Virus record (IMG/VR): IMGVR_UViG_3300025513_000061
Location: 1 to 24,033 of that record
Origin: a virus
Lineage: Duplodnaviria; Caudoviricetes
Reading direction: 5' to 3' (one strand)
DNA: 24,033 nt
Part shown: positions 1 to 8,600 of the stretch, piece by piece
Numbering within the stretch: position 1 is the stretch's first letter
How the letters are laid out: each line of letters begins with the position of its first letter
Notes under the pieces: model-generated
Database searches by the model: none
What the model saw: the letters and a program-made list of their open reading frames with translations, nothing else
Told to the model about the DNA's origin: nothing
Translations under genes and position numbers: made by a program

Positions 1-354
1 TGCACAAGCAGCGTGTAACTTATGGTGAACTTTACTTAAATCTATCACTTGTGGATGATTCTGACTATCTGCCTGACGGTCTATTAATCCTAACTTTCTG
101 GCTAAGCCAGTGTACACATCTTCTCCACTAAAATCAACACGGCCTGCATCTGATAAAGGTTGAGTATGCGCAATAACTAGATAATCTAATTTATCAGTAT
201 ACTCTAAAATTTTAATCATAGTAGCAAACGGGCCACCGTCATATTTTTGACGACTTAGCCGTTCTTCTTCCAACGCAAATATAATTTCACCGTCTTTTAA
301 TAAACAAACTCCGCCGTTGTGGCCGCGGGTTATTGCTGCAATCCATTGACTCAT
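1..354 (-). CDS. Carbamoyltransferase, NodU/CmcH/TobZ family, N-terminal 118 aa (3'-truncated by window edge)
   Basis: Not in the ORF track. Hand translation from ATG at 354-352 gives MSQWIAAITRGHNGGVCLLKDGEIIFALEEERLSRQKYDG...DLSKVHHKLHAACA. This matches the family motifs GH-x-x-x-x-L-x-x-DG-x-I...EEER-x-x-R-x-K and HH-x-x-HA. The start overlaps the upstream TGA stop (ATGA). Confidence 0.88.
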   Translation of the reverse strand, partial: MSQWIAAITRGHNGGVCLLKDGEIIFALEEERLSRQKYDGGPFATMIKILEYTDKLDYLVIAHTQPLSDAGRVDFSGEDVYTGLARKLGLIDRQADSQNHPQVIDLSKVHHKLHAACA

Positions 355-1433
355 TGTTTATCCCCGTCAGTGTACGATACTGATAGTGGTTTTAACGATC
401 CGCTACTTGTTGAAAACGCAGGAACTTGTTGTGTACTCGGTGTTGGGCAATAACCAACGTCTTGCTGTTGTGGCGGAGCAAATTTGCCTTTAAACTTAGT
501 TGATTTACCTAGGCGTTTTTTAATAGACGCTAATACTTGGTGTACTTGCTCCCTGGATAATTCCATAGCCTCGTCATTTGCACGGTCTAATTCATCTTCC
601 ATAGAAATTCTAATAGGACTATAAACTCTATTATCTTTTCCAGCATCGATTATATCAAACTCAGGGCATTCAGGATAAGAAATGTTAACTGGAAATGTTG
701 AGCCAGTTACGATAGTTGCTGTTTTATTAAATGCGCGGGCCAAATGCTGTCCTAAACTATCACAGCCAACAAAGTGATCAGCAATATCAATAATACCAGC
801 CCATACTCGCAAGTCATTTATTTGTAACATTGCCACAGGACTCTTGCCAGTTTCTTTTTCTTCCAATGCGATTGGAAACTCACTCATTAAGATAACTCCA
901 TACTCTTTTTTGAGGTCATTGATTATTTCAACAGTGTCTTTAAGATTGAAACTTCGAGAGCTAGGATCTACTACAAACTCTCCTAAGTTTTGAACACTAC
1001 GTCCAAAAGGTTGAATTACTATAACTTTATCAAAGCCTGTTTTAAATTTAACTTCTTGCACAATATTGTAAGACTGCACTACTTCCATTTTATTCAAAAT
1101 AATTCTTGGAGCTGGTAAATTACGTACTCCTTGATTGTTAATAATAATATCAAATGCCTGTGCTAGACTACATTTTTGATTATAATATTCCCAAACACGA
1201 TAGGGTTCAGGAGTAATTAAATCTCTATGCTTTAAGTGTTGCTCAAATAATCCCTTGTGCCAAACATCATAAACTTTGCCGTGCAGCGTTGGATGCCCTT
1301 TATAAAAGTCAGTTCCGCCTTCACACACAATTATAAAATCATCAGTTGTTTCTGCTAGTTTTTCAAATGCTGGAATTGAACTAACTACTCTTCCTGCTCC
1401 GCCGTTGATAACATATGCTTTAGATCTTGTCAA
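351..1433 (-). CDS. GT-B fold glycosyltransferase, GT9/heptosyltransferase-like
   Basis: 360 aa ORF with a TTG start preceded by AGGAG. The C-terminal segment IADHFVGCDSLGQHLARAFNKTATIVTGSTFP resembles the GT9 motif (D-S-x-x-x-H-L-A-x-A). IVIQPFG...RS resembles the start of the GT9 C-domain. Confidence 0.7.
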   Translation of the reverse strand: MTRSKAYVINGGAGRVVSSIPAFEKLAETTDDFIIVCEGGTDFYKGHPTLHGKVYDVWHKGLFEQHLKHRDLITPEPYRVWEYYNQKCSLAQAFDIIINNQGVRNLPAPRIILNKMEVVQSYNIVQEVKFKTGFDKVIVIQPFGRSVQNLGEFVVDPSSRSFNLKDTVEIINDLKKEYGVILMSEFPIALEEKETGKSPVAMLQINDLRVWAGIIDIADHFVGCDSLGQHLARAFNKTATIVTGSTFPVNISYPECPEFDIIDAGKDNRVYSPIRISMEDELDRANDEAMELSREQVHQVLASIKKRLGKSTKFKGKFAPPQQQDVGYCPTPSTQQVPAFSTSSGSLKPLSVSYTDGDKQ

Positions 1434-1481
1434 TTTAATCTCCTATTATACTGTATATTATTACGTAACTAAATTATGCAG

Positions 1482-1489
1482 TATTTATA
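1482..1489 (-). promoter_or_regulatory. T4-type late promoter (TATAAATA)
   Basis: Perfect TATAAATA on the minus strand in the intergenic gap, about 50 nt upstream of the glycosyltransferase start and just downstream of a terminator. Confidence 0.7.
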
Positions 1490-1506
1490 GTGAGTTAACC
1501 TGAGTC

Positions 1507-1538
1507 AAAAAAAAGTAATCATTTAATGATTACTTTTT
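1507..1538 (-). terminator. Rho-independent terminator (possibly bidirectional)
   Basis: Inverted repeat GTAATCATT (1515-1523) / AATGATTAC (1525-1533), flanked by A8 (1507-1514, U8 on the minus-strand transcript) and T5 (1534-1538). It lies 12 nt after the stop at 1551. Confidence 0.75.
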
Positions 1539-1550
1539 AAGTTATTAGTA

Positions 1551-2264
1551 TTATGCAGGGTCGGGTCTTTTTAGTCCGCCATCTTCAATCAACACTGTGT
1601 CTGGAGTAAGAGGAAACATGTAATATGCAATACTTGGCGGAACTCCGGCAGCTTCTAACACTCCCGGCAAGTCTCGAAGCCGTTGACGGTATTCTTTCCA
1701 TACGTCTTTAACATACTGCGGCATGTCTTCTGCAATTTGTGAATCGCTATTATTTAACATTTTTGTTCGATGGTCTCTAATATCTTCCCATGTCATCGGA
1801 GTATCTTTATCTAATAATTTTTGTATTGCAGTCCACACTTGTAACGTAGGCAGCCCATCTATAACTTTAACACTGTATCGATTATACACATCTTCCGGAA
1901 ATAATGGTAAGGCGTATTTAAATTGCGGATATCCTTCAATAATTGGACTATGCGGGTGCGGAATAATTTCTGTACCTCGTGTTTCTTGTACCAACGGGAC
2001 AATTGGTGCTCGTAATTGACAAATTAATGGATATTCAGTACAGTCAATTTCAAACAAAGTAGCGTCTAGTGGTATTGGTCGTCCGTCCATTAAATCTTCA
2101 GCAGTTAGTGGTCCATGAGTTTCTATTCCATCTTCTCCAATTTGGAGATATATTTTGTCTGGACCATCGTAGGTACAAGTGCGTGTTTTACCTTCACTTT
2201 GTGAGTGATCCACTAAAAAATTGTTTGGAATTGGTAATTGATATGAGATTGAAATTATTGCCAT
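1551..2264 (-). CDS. Tail fibre assembly chaperone-like protein with N-terminal extension
   Basis: 237 aa with an AAGGA SD. The C-terminal WEDIRDHRTKMLNNSDSQIAEDMP...WKEYRQRLRDLP matches the phage tail assembly chaperone pattern (R-x-x-R-x-x-x-L-x-x-SD...W-x-x-YRQ-x-LRDLP). It lies directly downstream of adhesin-like genes. Confidence 0.75.
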   Translation of the reverse strand: MAIISISYQLPIPNNFLVDHSQSEGKTRTCTYDGPDKIYLQIGEDGIETHGPLTAEDLMDGRPIPLDATLFEIDCTEYPLICQLRAPIVPLVQETRGTEIIPHPHSPIIEGYPQFKYALPLFPEDVYNRYSVKVIDGLPTLQVWTAIQKLLDKDTPMTWEDIRDHRTKMLNNSDSQIAEDMPQYVKDVWKEYRQRLRDLPGVLEAAGVPPSIAYYMFPLTPDTVLIEDGGLKRPDPA

Positions 2265-2283
2265 TTTATTTTTCCTTGATATA

Positions 2284-3078
2284 TTAAAAATATGTAATCT
2301 TAACTAAGCCGGGTCCGCCCATACCACCTTGGCCGCACCATGCTCCTGCATTACCGCCGCAGAAAGTAGTCATAGCACCGTGGCCGCCTGTGCCGTATGG
2401 AACCGTCCAACATCCGCAACGCATAGCACAACAAGTTAACTGTGTAGTAACTTCGCCGCCTATAAATGGGGCACCTGTAGAAGTGGTACCGTTGCACCAA
2501 CATCTGCATATTCCCATACCATTATTATCGAACGTGCCCGGATGATTACCCATAGTAAAGTCTGATCCGTTTGATGTAGGTCCAACACAGCAACTAAATT
2601 CTGAGTTACATGCAGTGGACCAGGAGGTGTTTGCACAGCCGCCTGTTCCACCGATGGCGCAGAAATTACTCAAATTAAATCCGGTAACGTAACTAGTACA
2701 TCCGGTGCATCCGTCACATTCAAGTCTGCAACAATTTCCGTTGCCTGCTGCACATACTTGATATGTATTTCCAGGAACAGTAACAACCGACTTAGCAGCA
2801 TAATAGCCGCCGCCTGCACCCTTATAATGATGACATCTATTGCATTGACAAGCACCATTGCCGCCGCCACCGCTGCCCCATGCTTCAATATATAATCTAG
2901 TTACTCTAGGCGGAACGACCCAGCTGCACGCTGATCCAGTTGAACATGCACAGGGTGCTCCGTAAAACCATTGTATGTTCCACTCCCCTAGAGCTGTATT
3001 ATCTATAGCCGATTGCTGGATGGCGCCATCGAGAACGTTGTCAACTGTTAGTTTTTTATAACTTGCATAACTTGCCAT
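2284..3078 (-). CDS. Gly/Cys-rich adhesin-like virion protein, paralog 3 (264 aa)
   Basis: Start corrected from 3228 to the ATG at 3078 (MASYASYKK, as in the paralogs; AGGA upstream; removes the overlap with the next gene). Shows the glycine-rich domain pattern WxVP...IEAWGxGGxG...GGGYY...GGxGGPGLVKITYF. 26 Cys. Confidence 0.75.
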   Translation of the reverse strand: MASYASYKKLTVDNVLDGAIQQSAIDNTALGEWNIQWFYGAPCACSTGSACSWVVPPRVTRLYIEAWGSGGGGNGACQCNRCHHYKGAGGGYYAAKSVVTVPGNTYQVCAAGNGNCCRLECDGCTGCTSYVTGFNLSNFCAIGGTGGCANTSWSTACNSEFSCCVGPTSNGSDFTMGNHPGTFDNNGMGICRCWCNGTTSTGAPFIGGEVTTQLTCCAMRCGCWTVPYGTGGHGAMTTFCGGNAGAWCGQGGMGGPGLVKITYF

Positions 3079-3089
3079 CTCTAATCCTA

Positions 3090-3890
3090 TTAAAAATATG
3101 TAATCTTGACTAAGCCGGGGCCACCCACGCCCCCCTGCCCACAACAGCCAGTGCCACAATATGTTGACATCGCGCCCTGGCCGCCATGTCCGTATGGTAC
3201 TGTCCAACATCCGCAACGCATCCAACAACGTCCCTGTATCTGTCTACCCGAAGTCCCAATTAACGGAGCACTAGTTGTATTGGCGTTTGTTCTATAACAG
3301 TGACACTGTCCAACATCATAACGAAACCAAGTGTATCCAAAAGTTCCCGCGTGAAGGCCGAACCCTAAATTGCCACCGTTTGCCCCTGCTTCTAAACAGC
3401 AGTCAAACGCTGAATTACATGTAGTAGTCCAGTCGCCTGTAGCACATCCGCCAGTTCCTCCAATTGCACAAAAGTTACTAGTACCAAATCCGTTTACATA
3501 ACTAGTACATCCTATGCATCCCTGACATTCCAATCTACAACAATTTCCATTCCCAGCAGCACACACTGTATATTCACATCCCGAATTAGTGGCAAATGTA
3601 ACATTATTATAATAGCCGCCGCCTGCTCCTTTGTAATGTTGACATCTGTTACACGAGCATGCTCCGTGTCCCCCGCCGCCGGCTCCCCATGCTTCAATTT
3701 GTAAAGTTTTTACAAACTGCGGTACTGTCCATAAACAGCAACTTCCACTAGATAATGCACAGGGTTGGCCAAAAAACCACTGTACTCCGTATTGTTTACG
3801 AGTTCCAACTGCTAATGCACTATCCTGTATTGTTTGAGGTAAGATACTGTCTGCAGCAACTACTTTTTTATAGCTTGAATAACTTGCCAT
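3090..3890 (-). CDS. Gly/Cys-rich adhesin-like virion protein, paralog 2 (266 aa)
   Basis: MASYSSYKK start, same glycine-rich domain pattern, 26 Cys. Confidence 0.75.
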   Translation of the reverse strand: MASYSSYKKVVAADSILPQTIQDSALAVGTRKQYGVQWFFGQPCALSSGSCCLWTVPQFVKTLQIEAWGAGGGGHGACSCNRCQHYKGAGGGYYNNVTFATNSGCEYTVCAAGNGNCCRLECQGCIGCTSYVNGFGTSNFCAIGGTGGCATGDWTTTCNSAFDCCLEAGANGGNLGFGLHAGTFGYTWFRYDVGQCHCYRTNANTTSAPLIGTSGRQIQGRCWMRCGCWTVPYGHGGQGAMSTYCGTGCCGQGGVGGPGLVKITYF

Positions 3891-3902
3891 CTGTGTCTTC
3901 CG

Positions 3903-4688
3903 TTAATTAAAAGTTACTTTGACAACGCCGCTGCCGCCCGTGCCGCCTTGCCCACAACAAGTGCCACAATAATTTGTCATTGCACTTTGCCCGCCTGTGG
4001 CATAAGGCACAGTCCAGCAACCGCAACGCATCCAGCAACCGTATACTGATCCTTGAACGTTTCCGCCGCCGCTGAGAAATGGTGCTCCAGTAGCGCAGAA
4101 CTGTTTATGAAAACAATGGCATAGCCAATTGCCGGACCATGCACCGCTGTGGTTACCCATACCAAAATCTCCGCCATTGTTAGTCGGTGCTAAACAACAT
4201 GGATAGCAAGAATATAATGCGTTAGGCCAATTGGTATCAGCAATGCCTTGCTGGCCGCCGATTGCACAGAAGTTGCTTAGATTGAATCCGTTTACATAAC
4301 TAGTACAGCCTTGACATCCATTGCATTCAAAACTACAGCAAGGATACACTCCCCCTGCACAAATAGTATATTGACAACCGGGAGTCGAAGAAACAGTTTT
4401 TGTATTATAATAACCGCCTTGTGCTCCTTTATATCGATGACACCTATTACAACTACACGCTCCGTTACCATTTCCGCCTGCACCCCACGCTTCAATAGTG
4501 ATACTATTGACCCCTGTTGGAACTGTCCACAAACAGCAACATCCGGCAGTTAGCGCACTTGATGTTCCGCGAACCCAAAATACGCCATATGTTTTCCCTG
4601 CAGACGCTTCAAATTTTTGGTCAGTAAGTTGGCTTTGTGTTGTAAAATTTTCCGAGCTAACTTTTTTGTAACTTGAATATGATGCCAT
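3903..4688 (-). CDS. Gly/Cys-rich adhesin-like virion protein, paralog 1 (261 aa)
   Basis: Start corrected from 4724 to the ATG at 4688 (MASYSSYKK; GAGGT SD). Same pattern, 26 Cys. Confidence 0.75.
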   Translation of the reverse strand: MASYSSYKKVSSENFTTQSQLTDQKFEASAGKTYGVFWVRGTSSALTAGCCCLWTVPTGVNSITIEAWGAGGNGNGACSCNRCHRYKGAQGGYYNTKTVSSTPGCQYTICAGGVYPCCSFECNGCQGCTSYVNGFNLSNFCAIGGQQGIADTNWPNALYSCYPCCLAPTNNGGDFGMGNHSGAWSGNWLCHCFHKQFCATGAPFLSGGGNVQGSVYGCWMRCGCWTVPYATGGQSAMTNYCGTCCGQGGTGGSGVVKVTFN

Positions 4689-4702
4689 AATAAATACCTC
4701 AA

Positions 4703-5332
4703 TTAGATTGAGAAGATCCTCCACCCAAATGTATCGCCCGAGAATATCAACTCAAATGCTGCTGACTCAGTACTAACTACTAAGTTCTCAGCGTCACCTT
4801 GTAATAATTTACCATTTCTTGCCACTGTAAATGCATTAGTATCAAATGTTTTTGCAACGTCTAAAAATCTAATACTATCGCCAACACTTGGCGATGCCGG
4901 TAATGTTGCGGTAATCACTCCTCCGCTAGTGTTAACAAAATATCCGCCAAATATTTCTGCTGAAAAACTACTAGATAATGTAGTGTACGTAAATGTCTTT
5001 GGGGTTTGCCACGCTAATGTTCCCGCAGTATCAGTAGATGCTAATACCTGTGTTGATGCTGTCGGTGCAGCAACAGGCAATGTTATAGTATAATTTGTTC
5101 CAATAGTTGTCGGCGCGTGAAATGCAACCCAATTACTGCTGTCAGCATCTGCAAATCTTAAATCGTTTTGATTATTAAGTTGAACATTATTAGTTATTAC
5201 CAAAGAGGCATTGCCTAACGGACTTAATGTAATATCTTGGTCAGCGGCAGCTGTGACCACAGCGGTAGGTGCAACTTGAAGCGCACTTATGTTTGGTTCT
5301 CCCGCGATACCGCCTGATAATTTTCTTGCCAT
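4703..5332 (-). CDS. Tail fibre-type protein with T4 gp34-like C-terminal domain
   Basis: 209 aa with a GAGGA SD. GYFVNTSGGVITATLPASPSVGDSIRFLD...TNAFTVARNG...GW resembles the repeated domain of T-even long-tail-fibre proximal subunits. DLRFADADSSNWVAFHAP is a fibre-like segment. Confidence 0.6.
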   Translation of the reverse strand: MARKLSGGIAGEPNISALQVAPTAVVTAAADQDITLSPLGNASLVITNNVQLNNQNDLRFADADSSNWVAFHAPTTIGTNYTITLPVAAPTASTQVLASTDTAGTLAWQTPKTFTYTTLSSSFSAEIFGGYFVNTSGGVITATLPASPSVGDSIRFLDVAKTFDTNAFTVARNGKLLQGDAENLVVSTESAAFELIFSGDTFGWRIFSI

Positions 5333-5345
5333 GGTCGTTTTCCTC

Positions 5346-5666
5346 TTATACTGTACTTGTTTCGATACCGTAGACTACAGCATTTACGCTAATAGCACTG
5401 GATCTGATTACTAACAATTTGCCTGCATCAATAACAATACCTGTTCTTTCTAACACACCTTTTGATGACAGTACAGTATCAAATTCTAAGTATTCGGCAT
5501 TGCCTGGGACGCTCGTGTCGCATACTGCTAGTCGAACAGATGCTAATGATGCTCCTCGATTACACACGCTCACAGTTACTACTGCAAATGTATCTACAGG
5601 GCAAGTATACAGAGTAGTATCTGTTGCTGCTGCTAAATCTGCCGTTCCTAATCTTCCTGTTGCCAT
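5346..5666 (-). CDS. Small beta-rich virion protein (106 aa), family member A
   Basis: GGAG SD. TTLYTCP...VSVCNRG...GIVIDAGKLLVIRS resembles the 110 and 133 aa proteins in this window. Confidence 0.6.
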   Translation of the reverse strand: MATGRLGTADLAAATDTTLYTCPVDTFAVVTVSVCNRGASLASVRLAVCDTSVPGNAEYLEFDTVLSSKGVLERTGIVIDAGKLLVIRSSAISVNAVVYGIETSTV

Positions 5667-5686
5667 AATTTATTTCTCCAATGTAT

Positions 5687-8600
5687 TTAGTTTAAAAAGA
5701 AGTTGAATGCTAAGGGGTATCCTGTCACTCCGCCTCTAAATTCAAAGTTTGCATCCATTTTGATTGGGATGCCTGTTACTGTTGTGATCACATTACTACT
5801 GATAAAAATTGATCCAGCTGTTACGCTATTTACGTTCAACGATGCGCCACCGCCACCAATTTGTGAAGCAATAAATGCTTTAATTGCTCGCTGTGTTGGT
5901 ACAATATTATCGCTATCTGCTGTAAAGAACGGATCTGTTGAAAATTCTGTAACTGTTGCTGATCCGCCGCCAAGTGTAACATTACCTAGATTAAGTTCCT
6001 GTAGACCACTAATATTAAACGCATCAGCATTCAATGTAGCAATACCAGTGCTCTGCTCAATAGCAAACAAATCGCCAACTCTAAAGTTACCGTCTTGGTC
6101 TGTTGACGTAAAGAATACTCGTCCACCGTTATTGTCAACTGTTTCGTTTGCAGGAAGTGGATCTTGTGTTGGGGACCCAGGGTAGTTAGTTTCTGAGAAA
6201 CTTCCGGTACCAATATCTAAGAAATCATGCCCTGTTAATCGAACTTGACTATATCTCAATCTTAACGATGCAGTATCTAAATGCTCAGGAGAATCACTAA
6301 TTGATATTTGTGGGCTTATTTGTAAGAACCCTGTGTATGATCCGTCAAGTTCTCCTCGGAAAGTGATTACGTTAACTAATTTAAATGTTGTATCAGGCAA
6401 GTTGCCAAATACTACGTTAGCACCCGGAACTGGTCTAGATTCTAATCTACGAACAGCAACAAATGAACCTGTTTGAAAGATATCAGCATAACCGTTGCCT
6501 CTAAGGATTTCTGCAGAAGCAGTTTCGTACTGAGATCCACGATTAATAAATGACGGATTAGCTAACACTCCGTCTCCAATTCTCACAGTCAACGGTGCAG
6601 AAAATACATTGTTTGGATCAACAAACGTAAGAGTCGGGGCACTAGCATAGCTCGAACCAGGCTCTAAAATTCTTACAGAGAATATCTTACCGTTGGCCAC
6701 TGATGCTCTTATTCGAGCAGTTGCACCTAAAGTAATTGCATTAGAAGTAGTAGCAGTGGTGCTAGCAGTGATAAATTTACCAGTGCTATTTGGGTTTCCA
6801 AACGCTGCGTATGTTGCATCTGCAGAACTAATAGTTCTCGATGTCCATACAACGCCATCTGGTGAACTAGATGCTGTTGTTGTTGCTCCTACTGCTAAGA
6901 ACATACCTTGGCCATATGCTATTGAAGAATATGCTGAACTAGTTATAGTGCTAGCTGTCCATGTAGCGCCATCTAAACTATAGGCTGCTGCTGTTCCTGA
7001 GGTGCTTGACACTGCTACAAAACGGTTGTTACCAAACGCAACACTGCTCCATGCGGTGCTTGAAGGCAATGTTCGAGTTACCCATGTAACTCCGGAGTCA
7101 GTACTACTAGCTGCCTGTACGCCGCCACTAGCCACTGCTACAAATTTACCGGCACCGTAGGCAATGCTAGTCCATGTTGTAGACGCCGGCAATGCCCCAC
7201 CTGCAGTCCATGTAACGCCACTATCTGTTGAATATGCAGTGGTTGTTGCTCCTGTTGCAATAGCTATCCATACGCCTTGGCCATACTCTATATCTTGCCA
7301 AGTTGTTGAAGCTGGTAAATTTCCGCCAGCAGTCCATGTAACCCCTCCATCTACTGATCGAGTTGTTGTATTAGATCCAGTGGCTACTGCTACAGTTACT
7401 GAATTCACAGCCACTGCTGTACCGGTTCCCGATGTAGGTCCAGTAGCAATAAATGTCACTCCGACAAAGTTATTTTCTGCACCTACAGCATTAAACAATG
7501 TATCGCTTAGGGAAGTAATTTTGTAAGCTGTTCCTGCCACTAAACTACCAGCTTCAATTGCAGTTAAGTCTTGACCAGATGCGGTACTAATCCAGTCTCT
7601 GCTAGCAGAAAGTGTTCTTGATGTCCATGCACCGCCAATGCTAGTGTATGCGGTAGTTGATCCACTTACTAATGCTACAAAATTCCCACCTTGCGCAACA
7701 CCTAATTGATCAAATGCTGTAACTGCTCCCGTTACTGAGTTGATCGAAGTTACTGTTAGTGTGATATCGTTTGCAGTAGTAGCACCATCAAGATTAGTTC
7801 CTACAATTGTAAGGACATCTAATCGAGTGTATTCAGTTCCTCCTACAGCAACAGTAACAATGTAGTTGGTGCCTTTCTTAATCACATTAAATGTGGCACC
7901 GTTGCCTGTCCCGCCTGTGCTAGACACTGCAAGATATGTCTGTACTGCTGAAGCATATTCAAGAGTTTGAACTGCTGTGGCCAAACTTGTTCCTGCTGCG
8001 GATGCATATGCCGGGGCAGTTAGGGTAACTCTTGGCTCAACAGTATAAGTTGAGCTTGCGTCCGGAGAAGCAATTGTAGTACCTGCTACAAAGTGATCCC
8101 ATCCTGCTGCACCTGTTGACTCTTTAACTACGCCTGCAATTTTAGTACCGCTGTTGTAGGTATCAATAATAGCAAACTGTCCAACTCCAGTGCCGCCCGC
8201 AATCACTACTTTCATTCCGATGTATGCAGTACTAGTTTCTCCATCAGTAGCTGCTAGAGTAATTGATGTTGCTCCGCCACCTTGAGCAGTGTTGGCATTT
8301 GTAACGTACCCTTGACCACCAAACTCTCCGTCTATCCCATCTTCAGCATTTTGAAGCAATCTAACTTGATAAACTGCATCGTCGCGGAATTCGTCAGCTT
8401 CAGCTTCGGCTTCTAAGCCGCCGCCAGTTAGTAGAAATTCTGCATCGGTGTAATTAATACCTGCATTATCAAATTCTAATCCTATGAACTCTTGACCAGT
8501 AGTTGTTACATTACCAATAGTGGCAATGAACTGAAATTTATTATCTATTACACCGGTATTTGGAGTCTCTGTGTCGTCAAAGCCTTCTGCTACACTTCCA

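Noticed and set aside
1445-1450. Sigma70 -10 box TATAAT upstream of the glycosyltransferase
   Set aside because: There is no usable -35 element, and it abuts the SD, so a transcript from it would lack the ribosome-binding site.
2825-4460. CxxCH haem-c motif (CNRCH) in two of the three Cys-rich proteins
   Set aside because: The third paralog has CNRCQH, there is no signal peptide for periplasmic haem attachment, and such a match is likely by chance at 10% Cys.
2284-4688. Diversity-generating retroelement explaining the repeated segments
   Set aside because: No reverse transcriptase in the window. The repeats are short, lie within intact paralogous genes, and do not form a long template/variable pair with adenine-specific differences.
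5419-7526. Plus-strand ORFs (e.g. 5703..6185, 7164..7526, and others across the window) and short alternate-frame minus ORFs
   Set aside because: All lie inside longer, motif-bearing minus-strand genes. They look like antisense or off-frame shadows of Thr/Ala/Gly/Val-rich codon usage and have no recognisable motifs.
6840-7630. Periodic gtccatgt-like DNA repeats suggesting a CRISPR array or tandem repeat
   Set aside because: They are degenerate and in frame, and encode Asp-box (SxDGxTW) protein repeats.
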